A DNA stretch of 64,000 bases from Callorhinchus milii (GCF_018977255.1 NW_024704795.1:62001-126000); one strand, 5' to 3'; shown: positions 12,901 to 26,790, counted from the stretch's first letter. A program made the numbers and translations. The notes: a model not told the origin generated them from the sequence alone.

Positions 12901-15900
12901 CTCGTCTCTGTATAACTAGCCTGGTCTCTGTATTATTGCCCTGGTCTCTGTATAACAGCCCTGGTCTCTGTATAACAGCCCTGGTCTCTATATAAGAGGT
13001 CTGGTCTCTGTATAACAGCCCTGGTCTCTGTATAGCATCCCTTGTGTCTGTATTACCGGCCTGATTTCTGTATTACTGGACTGGCCTCTGTATAACAGCC
13101 CTGGTCTCTGTAAAGCTGGCCTGGTCTCTGTATCACCGCTCTGGTCTCTGTATTACTGGCCTGGTCTCTGTATTACTGGCCTGGTCTCTGTATAAGAGGT
13201 CTGGTCTCTGTATAAGAGGCCTGGTCTCTGTATTACTGCCCTGGTCTCTGTATAACAGCCCTGGTCTCTGTATAAGAGGCCTGGTCTCTGGATAAGAGCC
13301 GTGGTCTCTATATTAATGCTCTGGTTTCTGTATAACTGGCCTGGTCTCTGTATAACTCACCTGTTCTCTGTATAACTGGCCGGGTCTCTGTATAACTGGC
13401 CTGGTCTCTGTATAAATCACCTGGTCTTTGTATTACTGGCCGGGTCTCTGTAAAACTGGCCTGGTTTCTGTAAAACTGGCCTGGTCTCTGTATTACTGCT
13501 CCGGTCTCTGAATAACTTGCCTGGTCTCTGTATAACTCACCTTTTCTCTGTATAACTGGCCTGGTCTCTGTATAGTTCACCTGTTCTCTGTATAACTGGC
13601 CGGGTCTCTGTATAACTGGCCTGGTCTCTGTATAACTCACCTGGTCTTTGTATAACTGGCCGGCTCTCTGTAAAACTGGCCTGGTCTCTGTATTACTGCC
13701 CTGGTCACTATATAACAGCCTTGGTCTCTATATAAGAGGTCTGGTCTCTGTATAACAGCCCTGGTCTCTGTATAGCATCCCTTGTGTCTGTATTACCGGC
13801 CTGGTTCCTGTATTACTGGACTGGCCTCTGTATAACAGCCCTGGTTTCTGTAAAGCTGGCCTGGTCTCTGTATTACCGCTCTGGTCTCTGTATTATTGGC
13901 CTGGTCTCTTTATTACTGGCCTGGTCTCTGTATAAGAGGTCTGGTCTCTGTATAACTGGCCGGGTCTCTGTATAACTGGCCTGGTCTCTGTATAACTCAC
14001 CTGGTCTTTGTATAACTGGCCGGGTCTCTGTAAAACTGGCCTGGTTTCTGTAAAACTGCCCTGGTCTCTATATAACAGCCCTGGTCTCTATATAAGAGGC
14101 ATGGTCTCTGTATAACAGCTCTGGTCTCTGTACAGCATCCCTTGTGTCTGTATTACCGGCCTGGTATTACTGGACTGGCCTCTGTATAACAGCCCTGGTC
14201 TCTGTAAAGCTGGCCTGGTCTCTGTATCACCGCTCTGGTCTCTGTATTACTGGCCTGGTCTCTGTATTACTGCCCTGGTCTCTGTATAACAGCCCTGGTC
14301 TCTGTATAAGAGGCCTGGTCTCTGTATAACTGGCCTGGTCTCTGTGTAACTCACCTGTTCTCTGTATAACTGGCCGGGTCTCTGTATAACTGGCCTGGTC
14401 TCTGTATAACTCACCTGGTCTTTGTATAACTGGCCGGGTCTCTGTATAACAGCTCTGGTCTCTGTACAGCATCCCTTGTGTCTGTATTACCGGCCTGGTA
14501 TTACTGGACTGGCCTCTGTATAACAGCCCTGGTCTCTGTAAAGCTGGCCTGGTCTCTGTATCACCGCTTTGGTCTCTGTATTACTGGCCTGGTCTCTGTA
14601 TTACTGCCCTGGTCTCTGTATAACAGCCCTGGTCTCTGTATAAGAGGCCTGGTCTCTGGATAAGAGCCGTGGTCTCTATATTAATGCTCTGGTTTCTGTA
14701 TAACAGGCCTGGTCTCTGTTTAACAGGCCTGGTCTCTATAAAGCTTGCCTGGTCTCTGTATAACTGGTCTAGTCTATGTATAAACGGTCTGGTCTCTGTA
14801 AACTGGCCTCGTCTCTGTATAACAGCCCTTGTCTCTGTATATGTGGCCTGGTCTCTGTATAACAGGTCTGGTCTCTATATAACTGGCCTGGTCTCTGTGT
14901 AACAGGCCTCGTCGCTGTAAAACTGGCCTGGTTTCTGTAAAACTGGCCTGGTCTCTGTATAACAGCTCTGGTCTCTGTAAGGCTGGCCTGGTCTCTGTAT
15001 TACTGCTCTGGTCTCGGTATGACTGGCCTTTTCTCTGTATTAGAGATCTGGTCTCTGTATAAGAGGACTGGTCTCTTTATAACAGCCCTGGTCTCTGTAT
15101 AAGTGGCCTGGTCTCTGTATAAGATGCCGTCTCTGTGTAAGAGGCCTGGTCTCTGTGTAAGAGGCCTGGTCTCTGTGTTAATGCTCTAGTCTCTGCATAA
15201 CTGGCCTGGTCTCTGCATAACAGCCCGGGTCTCTGTACAACAGCACTGGTCTCTGTATAAGAGGCCTGGTCTCTGTATAAGAGTCCTGGTATCTATATTA
15301 ATGCTCTGGTCTGTGTATAACTGGCCTGGTCTCTGTAACACTGGCCTGGTTTCTGTAAAACTGGCATGGTCTCTGCATTACCGCTCTGGTCTCTGTATTA
15401 CTGGCCTGGTCTCTGTATTACTGGCCTGGTCTCTGTATAAGAGGTCTGGTCTCTGTATAAGAGGCCTGGTCTCTGTATTACTGCCCTGGTCTCTGTATAA
15501 CAGCCCTGGTCTCTGTATAAGAGGCCTGGTCTCTGGATAAGAGCCCTGGTCTCTATATTAATGCTCTGGTCTCTGTATAACTGGGCTGGTCTCTGTATAA
15601 CTCACCTGGTCTTTGTATTACTGGCCGGGTCTCTGTAAAACTGGCCTGGTTTCTGTAAAACTGGCATGGTCTCTGTACAACAGCTCTGGTCTCTGTATAA
15701 CTGGCCTGGTCTCTGTATTACTGCTCCGGTCTCTGTATAACTCACCTGGTCTTTGTATTACTGGCCGGGTCTCTGTAAAACTGGCCTGGTTTCTGTAAAA
15801 CTGGCATGGTCTCTGTATAACAGCTCTGGTCTCTGTATTACTGCCCTGGTCTCTGTATAACAGCCCTGGTCTCTGTATAACAGCCCTGGTCTCTATATAA

Positions 15901-18900
15901 GAGGTCTGGTCTCTGTATAACTGGCCGGGTTTCTGTATAACTGGCCTGGTCTCTGTATAACTCACCTGGTCTTTGTATAACTGGCTGGGTCACTGTAAAA
16001 CTGGCCTGGTCTCTGTATAACTGGCCTGGTCTCTGTATTACTGCTCTGGTCTCTGTATAACTGGCCTGGTCTCTGTATAACTTACCTGTTCTCTGTATAA
16101 CTGGCCTGGTCTCTGTATAACAGGCATGGTTTCTGTATAACTCGCCTGGTCTCTGTATAACTGGCCGGGTCTCTGTATAACTGGCCTGGTCTCTGTATAA
16201 AAGGCCTCGTCTCTGTATAACTAGCCTGGTCTCTGTATTATTGCCCTGGTCTCTGTATAACAGCCCTGGTCTCTGTATAACAGCCCTGGTCTCTATATAA
16301 GAGGTCTGGTCTCTGTATAACAGCCCTGGTCTCTGTATAGCATCCCTTGTGTCTGTATTACCGGCCTGATTTCTGTATTACTGGACTGGCCTCTGTATAA
16401 CAGCCCTGGTCTCTGTAAAGCTGGCCTGGTCTCTGTATCACCGCTCTGGTCTCTGTATTACTGGCCTGGTCTCTGTATTACTGGCCTGGTCTCTGTATAA
16501 GAGGTCTGGTCTCTGTATAAGAGGCCTGGTCTCTGTATTACTGCCCTGGTCTCTGTATAACAGCCCTGGTCTCTGTATAAGAGGCCTGGTCTCTGGATAA
16601 GAGCCGTGGTCTCTATATTAATGCTCTGGTTTCTGTATAACTGGCCTGGTCTCTGTATAACTCACCTGTTCTCTGTATAACTGGCCGGGTCTCTGTATAA
16701 CTGGCCTGGTCTCTGTATAAATCACCTGGTCTTTGTATTACTGGCCGGGTCTGTGTAAAACTGGCCTGGTTTCTGTAAAACTGGCCTGGTCTCTGTATTA
16801 CTGCTCCGGTCTCTGAATAACTTGCCTGGTCTCTGTATAACTCACCTTTTCTCTGTATAACTGGCCTGGTCTCTGTATAGTTCACCTGTTCTCTGTATAA
16901 CTGGCCGGGTCTCTGTATAACTGGCCTGGTCTCTGTATAACTCACCTGGTCTTTGTATAACTGGCCGGCTCTCTGTAAAACTGGCCTGGTCTCTGTATTA
17001 CTGCCCTGGTCTCTATATAACAGCCCTGGTCTCTATATAAGAGGTCTGGTCTCTGTATAACAGCCCTGGTCTCTGTATAGCATCCCTTGTGTCTGTATTA
17101 CCGGCCTGGTTTCTGTATTACTGGACTGGCCTCTGTATAACAGCCCTGGTTTCTGTAAAGCTGGCCTGGTCTCTGTATTACCGCTCTGGTCTCTGTATTA
17201 TTGGCCTGGTCTCTTTATTACTGGCCTGGTCTCTGTATAAGAGGTCTGGTCTCTGTATAACTGGCCGGGTCTCTGTATAACTGGCCTGGTCTCTGTATAA
17301 CTCACCTGGTCTTTGTATAACTGGCCGGGTCTCTGTAAAACTGGCCTGGTTTCTGTAAAACTGGCATGGTCTCTGTATAACAGCTCTGGTCTCTGTACAG
17401 CATCCCTTGTGTCTGTATTACCGGCCTGGTATTACTGGACTGGCCTCTGTATAACAGCCCTGGTCTCTGTAAAGCTGGCCTGGTCTCTGTATCACCGCTC
17501 TGGTCTCTGTATTACTGGCCTGGTCTCTGTATTACTGCCCTGGTCTCTGTATAACAGCCCTGGTCTCTGTATAAGAGGCCTGGTCTCTGGATAAGAGCCG
17601 TGGTCTCTATATTAATGCTCTGGTTTCTGTATAACTGGCCTGGTCTCTGTGTAACTCACCTGTTCTCTGTATAACTGGCCGGGTCTCTGTATAACTGGCC
17701 TGGTCTCTGTATAAATCACCTGGTCTTTGTATTACTGGCCGGGTCTCTGTAAAACTGGCCTGGTTTCTGTAAAACTGGCATGGTCTCTGTATAACAGCTC
17801 TGGTCTCTGTATAACTGGCCTGGTCTCTCTATTACTGCTCCGGTCTCTGAATAACTTGCCTGGTCTCTGTATAACTCACCTTTTCTCTGTATAACTGGCC
17901 TGGTCTCTGTATAACTCACCTGTTCTCTGTATAACTGGCCGGGTCTCTGTATAACTGGCCTGGTCTCTGTATAACTCACCTGGTCTTTGTATAACTGGCC
18001 GGCTCTCTGTAAAACTGGCCTGGTCTCTGTATTACTGCCCTGGTCTCTGTATAACAGCCCTGGTCACTGTATAGCATCCCTTGTGTCTGTATTACCGGCC
18101 TGGTTTCTGTATTACTGGACTGGCCTCTGTATAACAGCCCTGGTTTCTGTAAAGCTGGCCTGGTCTCTGTATTACCGCTCTGGTCTCTGTATTACTGGCC
18201 TGGTCTCTTTATTCCTGGCCTGGTCTCTGTATAAGATGTCTGGTCTCTGTATAACTGGCCGGGTCTCTGTATAACTGGCCTGGTCTCTGTATAACTCACC
18301 TGGTCTTTGTATAACTGGCCTGGTTTCTGTAAAACTGGCATGGTCTCTGTATAACAGCTCTGGTCTCTGTATAGCATCCCTTGTGTCTGTATTACCGGCC
18401 TGGTTTCTGTATTACTGGACTGGCCTCTGTATAACAGCCCTGGTCTCTGTAAAGCTGGCCTGGTCTCTGTATCACCGCTCTGGTCTCTGTATTACTGGCC
18501 TGGTCTCTGTATCACCGCTCTGGTCTCTGTATTACTGGCCTGGTCTCTGTATTACTGGCCTGGTCTCTGTATAAGAGGTCTGGTCTCTCTATAAGAGGCC
18601 TGATCTCTGTATTACTGCCCTGGTCTCTGTATAACAGCCCTGGTCTCTGTATAAGAGGCCTGGTCTCTGGATAAGAGCCCTGGTCTCCATATTAATTCTC
18701 TGGTCTCTGTATAACTGGCCTGGTCTCTGTATAACTCACCTGTTCTCTGTATAACTGGCCGGGTCTCTGTATAACTGGCCTGGTCTCTGTATAACTCACC
18801 TGGTCTTTGTATTACTGGCCGGGTCTCCGTAAAACTGGCCTGGTTTCTGTAAAACTGGCATGGTCTCTGTATAACAGCTCTGGTCTCTGTATAACTGGCC

Positions 18901-21900
18901 TGGTCTCTGTATTACTGCTCCGGTCTCTGTATAACTCACCTGGTCTTTGTATAACTGGCCGGCTCTCTGTAAAACTGGCCTGGTCTCTGTATTACTGCCC
19001 TGGTCACTATATAACAGCCTTGGTCTCTATATAAGAGGTCTGGTCTCTGTATAACAGCCCTGGTCTCTGTATAGCATCCCTTGTGTCTGTATTACCGGCC
19101 TGGTTTCTGTATTACTGGACTGGCCTCTGTATAACAGCCCTGGTTTCTGTAAAGCTGGCCTGGTCTCTGTATTACCGCTCTGGTCTCTGTATTATTGGCC
19201 TGGTCTCTTTATTACTGGCCTGGTCTCTGTATAAGAGGTCTGGTCTCTGTATAACTGGCCGGGTCTCTGTATAACTGGCCTGGTCTCTGTATAACTCACC
19301 TGGTCTTTGTATAACTGGCCGGGTCTCTGTAAAACTGGCCTGGTTTCTGTAAAACTGGCATGGTCTCTGTATAACAGCTCTGGTCTCTGTACAGCATCCC
19401 TTGTGTCTGTATTACCGGCCTGGTATTACTGGACTGGCCTCTGTATAACAGCCCTGGTCTCTGTAAAGCTGGCCTGGTCTCTGTATCACCGCTCTGGTCT
19501 CTGTATTACTGGCCTGGTCTCTGTATTACTGCCCTGGTCTCTGTATAACAGCCCTGGTCTCTGTATAAGAGGCCTGGTCTCTGGATAAGAGCCGTGGTCT
19601 CTATATTAATGCTCTGGTTTCTGTATAACTGGCCTGGTCTCTGTGTAACTCACCTGTTCTCTGTATAACTGGCCGGGTCTCTGTATAACTGGCCTGGTCT
19701 CTGTATAAATCACCTGGTCTTTGTATTACTGGCCGGGTCTCTGTAAAACTGGCCTGGTTTCTGTAAAACTGGCATGGTCTCTGTATAACAGCTCTGGTCT
19801 CTGTATAACTGGCCTGGTCTCTGTATTACTGCTCCGGTCTCTGAATAACTTGCCTGGTCTCTGTATAACTCACCTTTTCTCTGTATAACTGGCCTGGTCT
19901 CTGTATAACTCACCTGTTCTCTGTATAACTGGCCGGGTCTCTGTATAACTGGCCTGGTCTCTGTATAACTCACCTGGTCTTTGTATAACTGGCCGGCTCT
20001 CTGTAAAACTGGCCTGGTCTCTGTATTACTGCCCTGGTCTCTGTATAACAGCCCTGGTCTCTGTATAGCATCCCTTGTGTCTGTATTACCGGCCTGGTTT
20101 CTGTATTACTGGACTGGCCTCTGTATAACAGCCCTGGTTTCTGTAAAGCTGGCCTGGTCTCTGTATTACCGCTCTGGTCTCTGTATTACTGGCCTGGTCT
20201 CTTTATTCCTGGCCTGGTCTCTGTATAAGATGTCTGGTCTCTGTATAACTGGCCGGGTCTCTGTATAACTGGCCTGGTCTCTGTATAACTCACCTGGTCT
20301 TTGTATAACTGGCCTGGTTTCTGTAAAACTGGCATGGTCTCTGTATAACAGCTCTGGTCTCTGTATAGCATCCCTTGTGTCTGTATTACCGGCCTGGTTT
20401 CTGTATTACTGGACTGGCCTCTGTATAACAGCCCTGGTCTCTGTAAAGCTGGCCTGGTCTCTGTATCACCGCTCTGGTCTCTGTATTACTGGCCTGGTCT
20501 CTGTATCACCGCTCTGGTCTCTGTATTACTGGCCTGGTCTCTGTATTACTGGCCTGGTCTCTGTATAAGAGGTCTGGTCTCTCTATAAGAGGCCTGATCT
20601 CTGTATTACTGCCCTGGTCTCTGTATAACAGCCCTGGTCTCTGTATAAGAGGCCTGGTCTCTGGATAAGAGCCCTGGTCTCCATATTAATTCTCTGGTCT
20701 CTGTATAACTGGCCTGGTCTCTGTATAACTCACCTGTTCTCTGTATAACTGGCCGGGTCTCTGTATAACTGGCCTGGTCTCTGTATAACTCACCTGGTCT
20801 TTGTATTACTGGCCGGGTCTCCGTAAAACTGGCCTGGTTTCTGTAAAACTGGCATGGTCTCTGTATAACAGCTCTGGTCTCTGTATAACTGGCCTGGTCT
20901 CTGTATTACTGCTCCGGTCTCTGTATAACTCACCTGGTCTTTGTATAACTGGCCGGCTCTCTGTAAAACTGGCCTGGTCTCTGTATTACTGCCCTGGTCT
21001 CTATATAACAGCCCTGGTCTCTATATAAGAGGTCTGGTCTCTGTATAACAGCCCTGGTCTCTGTATAGCATCCCTTGTGTCTCAGTATTACCGGCCTGGT
21101 TTCTGTATTACTGGACTGGCCTCTGTATAACAGCCCTGGTTTCTGTAAAGCTGGCCTGGTCTCTGTATTACCGCTCTGGTCTCTGTATTACTGGCCTGGT
21201 CTCTTTATTACTGGCCTGGTCTCTGTATAAGAGGTCTGGTCTCTGTATAACTGGCCGGGTCTCTGTATAACTGGCATGGTCTCTGTATAACTCACCTGGT
21301 CTTTGTATAACTGGCCGGGTCTCTGTAAAACTGGCCTGGTTTCTGTAAAACTGGCATGGTCTCTGTATAACAGCTCTGGTCTCTGTATAGCATCCCTTGT
21401 GTCTGTATTACCGGCCTGGTTTCTGTATTACTGGACTGGCCTCTGTATAACAGCCCTGGTCTCTGTAAAGCTGGCCTGGTCTCTGTATCACCGCTCTGGT
21501 CTCTGTATTACTGGCCTGGTCTCTGTATTACTGGCCTGGTCGCTGTATAAGAGGTCTGGTCTCTCTATAAGAGGCCTGATCTCTGTATTACTGCCCTGGT
21601 CTCTGTATAACAGCCCTGGTCTCTGTATAAGAGGCCTGGTCTCTGGATAAGAGCCCTGGTCTCCATATTAATTCTCTGGTCTCTGTATAACTGGCCTGGT
21701 CTCTGTGTAACTCACCTGTTCTCTGTATAACTGGCCGGGTCTCTGTATAACTGGCCTGGTCTCTGTATAACTCACCTGGTCTTTGTATTACTGGCCGGGT
21801 CTCTGTAAAACTGGCCTGGTTTCTGTAAAACTGGCATGGTCTCTGTATAACAGCTCTGGTCTCTGTATAACTGACCTGGTCTCTCTATTACTGCTCCGGT

Positions 21901-23305
21901 CTCTCTATAACTGGCCTGGTCTCTGTATAACTCACCTGTTCTCTGTATAACTGGCCTGGTCTCTGTGTAACTCACCTGTTCTCTGTATAACTGGCCGGGT
22001 CTCTGTATAACTGGCCTGGTCTCTGTATAACTCACCTGGTCTTTGTATAACTGGCGGGGTCTCTGTAAAACTGGCCTGTTCTCTGTATTACTGCCCTGGT
22101 CTCTGTATAACAGCCCTGGTCTCTGTATAATAGCCCTGGTCTCTATATAAGAGGTCTGGTCTCTGTATAACAGCCCTGGTCTCTGTATAGCATCCCTTGT
22201 GCCTGTATTACTGGCCTGGTTTCTGTATTACTGGACTGGCCTCTGTATAACAGCCCTGATCTCTTTAAAGCTGGCCTGGTCTCTGTATTACCGCTCTGGT
22301 CTCTGTATTACTGGCCTGGTCTCTGTATTACTGGCCTGGTCTCTGTATAAGAGGTCTGGTCTCTGTATAACTGGCCTGGTCTCTGTATAACTGGCCTGGT
22401 CTCTGTATAACTCACCTGGTCTTTGTATAACTGGCCGGGTCTCTGTAAAACTGGCCTGGTTTCTGTAAAACTGGCATGGTCTCTGTATAACAGCTCTGGT
22501 CTCTGTATAACTGGACTGGTCTCTGTATTACTGCTCTGGTCTCTGTATAACAGCTCTGGTCTCTGTATAACTGGCCTGGTCTCTGTATTACTGCTCTGGT
22601 CTCTGTATAACTGGCCTAGTCTCTGTATAACTCACCTGTTCTCTGTATAACTGGCCGAGTCCCTGTATAACTGGCCTGGTCTCTGTATAACTCACCTGGT
22701 CTTTGTATTACTGGCCGGGTCTCTGTAAAACTGGCCTGGTTTCTGTAAAACTGGCATGGTCTCTGTATGACAGCTCTGGTCTCTGTATAACTGGCCTGGT
22801 CTCTGTATTACTGCTCCGGTCTCTGTATAACTGGCCTGGTCTTTGTATTACTGCCCTGGTCTCAGTATAACAGCCCTGGTCTCTGTATAACAGCCCCGGT
22901 CTCTATATAAGAGGTCTGGTCTCTGTATAACAGCCGTGGTCTCTATATAGCAGCCCTTGTGTCTGTATTACTGGCCTGGTCTCTGTATAAGAAGCTTGTT
23001 CTCTGTATAAAAGGCCTGGTCTCTGTATAACTGGACTGTGCTCTGTATAACAGCCCTGGCCTCTATATAAGATGTCTGGTGTCTGTATAACAGCCCTGGT
23101 CTCTGTATAGCATCCCTTGTGTCTGTATTACCGGCTGTTTTCTGTATTACTGGAATGGCCTCTGTATAACAGCCCTGGTCTCTGCAAAGCTGGCCTGGTC
23201 TCTGTATTACCGCTCTGGTCTCTGTATTACTGGCCTGGTCTCTGTATTACTGGCCTGGTCTCTGTATAAGAGGCCTGGTCTCTGTATTACTGCCCTGGTC
23301 TCTGT
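6964..23305 (+). repeat. 20-bp satellite array (~815 monomers) with higher-order structure
   Basis: Consensus CTGGTCTCTGTATAACTGGC: a near-constant CTGGTCTCTGTA plus a variable 8-mer; block duplications of ~3.7, 3.3, 2.0 and 0.75 kb. Confidence 0.97.
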
Positions 23306-23306
23306 T

Positions 23307-23480
23307 TGAGATGGCATCTCAAAGCACTTCACAGAATATGCTGTTAAATGAATTGACTGTATATTTTGTTGGTGAAATCCGGCAGCCAATGGTGCACAGC
23401 AGTGTGCCACAAACAGGAGTGGATTGAGTGACCGGATTATTGTTCTTGAAAAGATTTCTTGGTCGGCAATAATACCTTCA
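23307..23480 (-). mobile_element. SINE 3' fragment abutting the right end of the satellite (copies at ~44213 and ~44875)
   Basis: AAGCACTTCACAGAATATGCTG...CGGCAGCCAATGGTGCACAGC. Confidence 0.75.
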
Positions 23481-24046
23481 AGCAGCAGCAAAACACACAG
23501 GCTTTTTCGGATGCACACACACAGCAATATCACTTAGACGTGGAGGGATTATCTATTTGATACTCACATATAGATAGCAAGACATGAACACGGAGTATTG
23601 ATTCCGTGTTTGTGTACAAGATTAGAGAGCCTCTGAAATGAATTCAAATTAATATGACACACAATCAGTATTCTCACAAATTATCAACTATAGAAACAAT
23701 CCACAGGCCCACACTTGCAGCAGATACACTGCCACCATCACAAGCAACTCACCTGCAAGCACCCAGTAGCATTCCTAGACATTGCAACACAATACCTTAC
23801 CAATCAGGATACATTGTTGAAAGGACGTGCACAACCTACAACACAGAGTGACATTTTGTCAGGAACACCAAATTTGAAAGTTTTTTTTTGAGGAGAGTTA
23901 TTGTTAAATAAAGCCTGTCAACCTGTGCTGTCAATAGGGTTGGACTGTAGAGTGTCACTAACTGATTGGGTATGTTTAAGGGAAAGCTGGAATCCTAGAA
24001 AAGTCCTGCATGTTGTGGGTAATGGAAATTTCCAACAGACAGTGTG

Positions 24047-24325
24047 TCCGGCCTGACTCAGTGGTTGGTCTCTCGCCGCTGGGTCAGAAGGTTGCTGGTT
24101 CAAGCCGTAGTTTGGGACATTGTCTCAACTGACTTTCCAATGCAGTGCTGGGGCAGTGTTGCACTATCGAAGGTGCCGTCCTTTGGATGAAAAGTTAAAC
24201 TGAGGTCCCGGCTGCTTGTTCAGTTGGAAGATAAAGATTGCATGGCACTAAACTACTTCCAATGTGGGGCATGAACCCGCAACCTACTGGCTCAGAGGTG
24301 AGGCTGCTAAAACTGAGCCACACTG
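24047..24325 (+). mobile_element. Old DeuSINE (SacSINE1/AmnSINE-like) head plus core, followed by an inverted head (unit 2 copy at ~45657-45935)
   Basis: Resembles the Deu-domain: TGCAGTGCTGGGGCAGTGTTGCACTATCGAAGGTGCCGTCCTTTGGATGAAAAGTTAAACTGAGG...CATGGCACTA; family assignment from memory. Confidence 0.65.
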
Positions 24326-24566
24326 ACAGACGTACACTTTATTGTCTTTCAGATTAAACTTCAGGACATGAGTAAGGAATGTTGTCCACAGCTGATGATG
24401 GATATTTCACTGTTTATCTACAGATTTGTGCTCAAGAGGAATATTTGAACTTTGGGCTTCGAGAGAAACAGATCTGAGTTCAACTCCACTCAACATGTTA
24501 AAAAGACAACTTACTCACAGGATAACAGGGAGCTCACATGATTTACCTGCAGATTCAGACAATCAG

Positions 24567-24888
24567 TGGAGTCCTGTAGCTCAGTGGTTAGAGCATTCGC
24601 TTTGCAAGCGAGAGACCTGAGTTCAATTCCAGGCAGAGGGCGAAACCTTGGGCAAATTTCCTTACTCCACACAGAGCCTAATAATAATCCCTCCAAAACA
24701 ATACAATAATAAATTGGTCACTTTCAATCTACGACTGTATGTGGGAAATTGCTGTGCGCAATTCGCTGCCGCGTTCGCCCACAAATACACAGCTAATTCA
24801 CTTTACAATATGTTCTGTGAAGCGCTTTGGGACGTCCTCCCGACGTGAAAAGCGCCAGATCAAATGCAAGGATTATTATTATTATAAT
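24567..24888 (+). mobile_element. Full-length tRNA-derived SINE (unit 2 copy at 46177-46495)
   Basis: tRNA-like head GTAGCTCAGTGGTTAGAGC...TTTGCAA...GAGTTCAATTCC; body GCTGTGCGCAATTnGCTGCCGCG; 3' end AAGCGCTTTGGGACGTCC...AAATGCAAG with (ATT)n tail. Confidence 0.9.
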
Positions 24889-25606
24889 CAGATGTTACCC
24901 ACATGAGAACCAAACACAATATCAGAGGCATAGACCATCTGGAAAAATTCAACATTCAGTAGTATTTATCTTGATGTTGAATATCCTGTTATTGAGTGTA
25001 GCCTCAGAGAATCAGTCAAACTTTGTAACAAAAGTCGATTTAAAATTAACACTGGATAAGGAGAAACATTATACCATAGTGTCATGTCTGAACTTTCAAT
25101 GTTCATATACTTACAGAATTTCAGATCGTGTAAAATTATCATATTGCAAGCAGTGACAGGATTATATGTGATTCCAAGAAAAAAAAGAGTTTGTTTGAGT
25201 CAATTAATGAGAAGTTCATTTTTGTCCACAATAAAGTCACAGGCTGTTTGTCCCTGTGTGTGTGCACACGGGTGCCCCCTGTCCTGCCCCAGTGTATCGG
25301 CCGCCTGCAGTCACCCGCCGTTCCACACCATTGGAAACCGCACCAAATTCACTCAGATAAAGAAAGGAGTAAATGAGATCCTTCTTCGGATTAAGATTAA
25401 ATCGGTTTCATTAAAGTGATTGATGTGCTCATGATTATCATTTTAATTGTGTGCATCACCAGGAGGCTTTCTAAGGAATGAATGTAACCTTCAACCGTGT
25501 GAAAGTGGGTCAGAGCCTCTGTCGCTTGGGGGGAAGCTGCCAAAGAGGTATCAAAGAGCAGGAAATGGGAAGACACTGTGTGGTGTTGTAACACGGTAGA
25601 AAATAA

Positions 25607-25991
25607 TAATAATAATAAGAATAATCCTTGCATTTGATATATCGCCTCATCATATCTTTGACATGACTCAAATCGCTTCACAGAGTACACTGTAAAGCCA
25701 CTTGACTGCATTTATTTGGTGAGGGAATCGCAGCAGTCAATTTCACACAGCAGTGTTCAACAAACAGTCTGGATTGAGTGACCAAATTCTTCTTTCCTTT
25801 TATTGACGGGATTATTACCACCGGAAAAGCGATGCGCCAATCGACTAACAAGCGGGTGCCTAGTTACTGTTCGGTAAACAGAGGCGGGAAGGGTAAGGAA
25901 ATTTTGCTAACATTTGGCCCCGTCCGGAAACCTGGCCCAGGTCCTCGCGCTTGCGAGGGTGAGTGTGCCAACCGTCCCACTGCAGGATTCC
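25607..25991 (-). mobile_element. Diverged full-length SINE upstream of H3 (copy at ~47209-47597)
   Basis: (AAT)n tail with CCTTGCATTTGATAT at the left end and a degenerate tRNA head at the right end. Confidence 0.7.
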
Positions 25992-26288
25992 TGAAGCTGT
26001 CTTCAGAATGTTTTCAGACAAACTCGGACACAGAGAAACCGTCAGCATTTCCGTAAATAGGCCTTATTTTTCTAAAAAACAAACAATGGGAGTCACAATG
26101 TTTTGATATCATTCTCACATCACTACTTATTTTCAATGTGATTCGTGAGGGTGATTCAGTCCCTGTCTGAAATGCTTGTTGAGAAGCTGGAGGTGGAGCT
26201 CGCAGCTCAGAGGCTGATCTCTCTTCCCTGTGTCAGTGACTCTCTCCTCCCCTGACTGCAGCCAATCGTTGCGCTGTGGCCTCTATAA

Positions 26289-26759
<471 letters not shown>

Positions 26760-26790
26760 ACCCTCCGTCTCCACACTGTGTAAGAACAAA

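Noticed and set aside
8302-22650. Dozens of ORFs such as [18 protein letters not shown] and [15 protein letters not shown]
   Set aside because: These are translations of a 20-bp repeat (60-bp/20-aa period) with frequent stops and no splice or promoter support.
6964-23305. CRISPR-like array (constant 12-mer plus variable 8-mer)
   Set aside because: The variable parts are only 8 nt, related to each other and reused; there are no unique spacers or cas genes; the context is eukaryotic. It is a satellite.
24570-24640. tRNA-Ala(TGC)-like sequences (also at 46180, 49150 and 61490)
   Set aside because: They are SINE heads continuous with SINE sequence and lack a proper acceptor stem.
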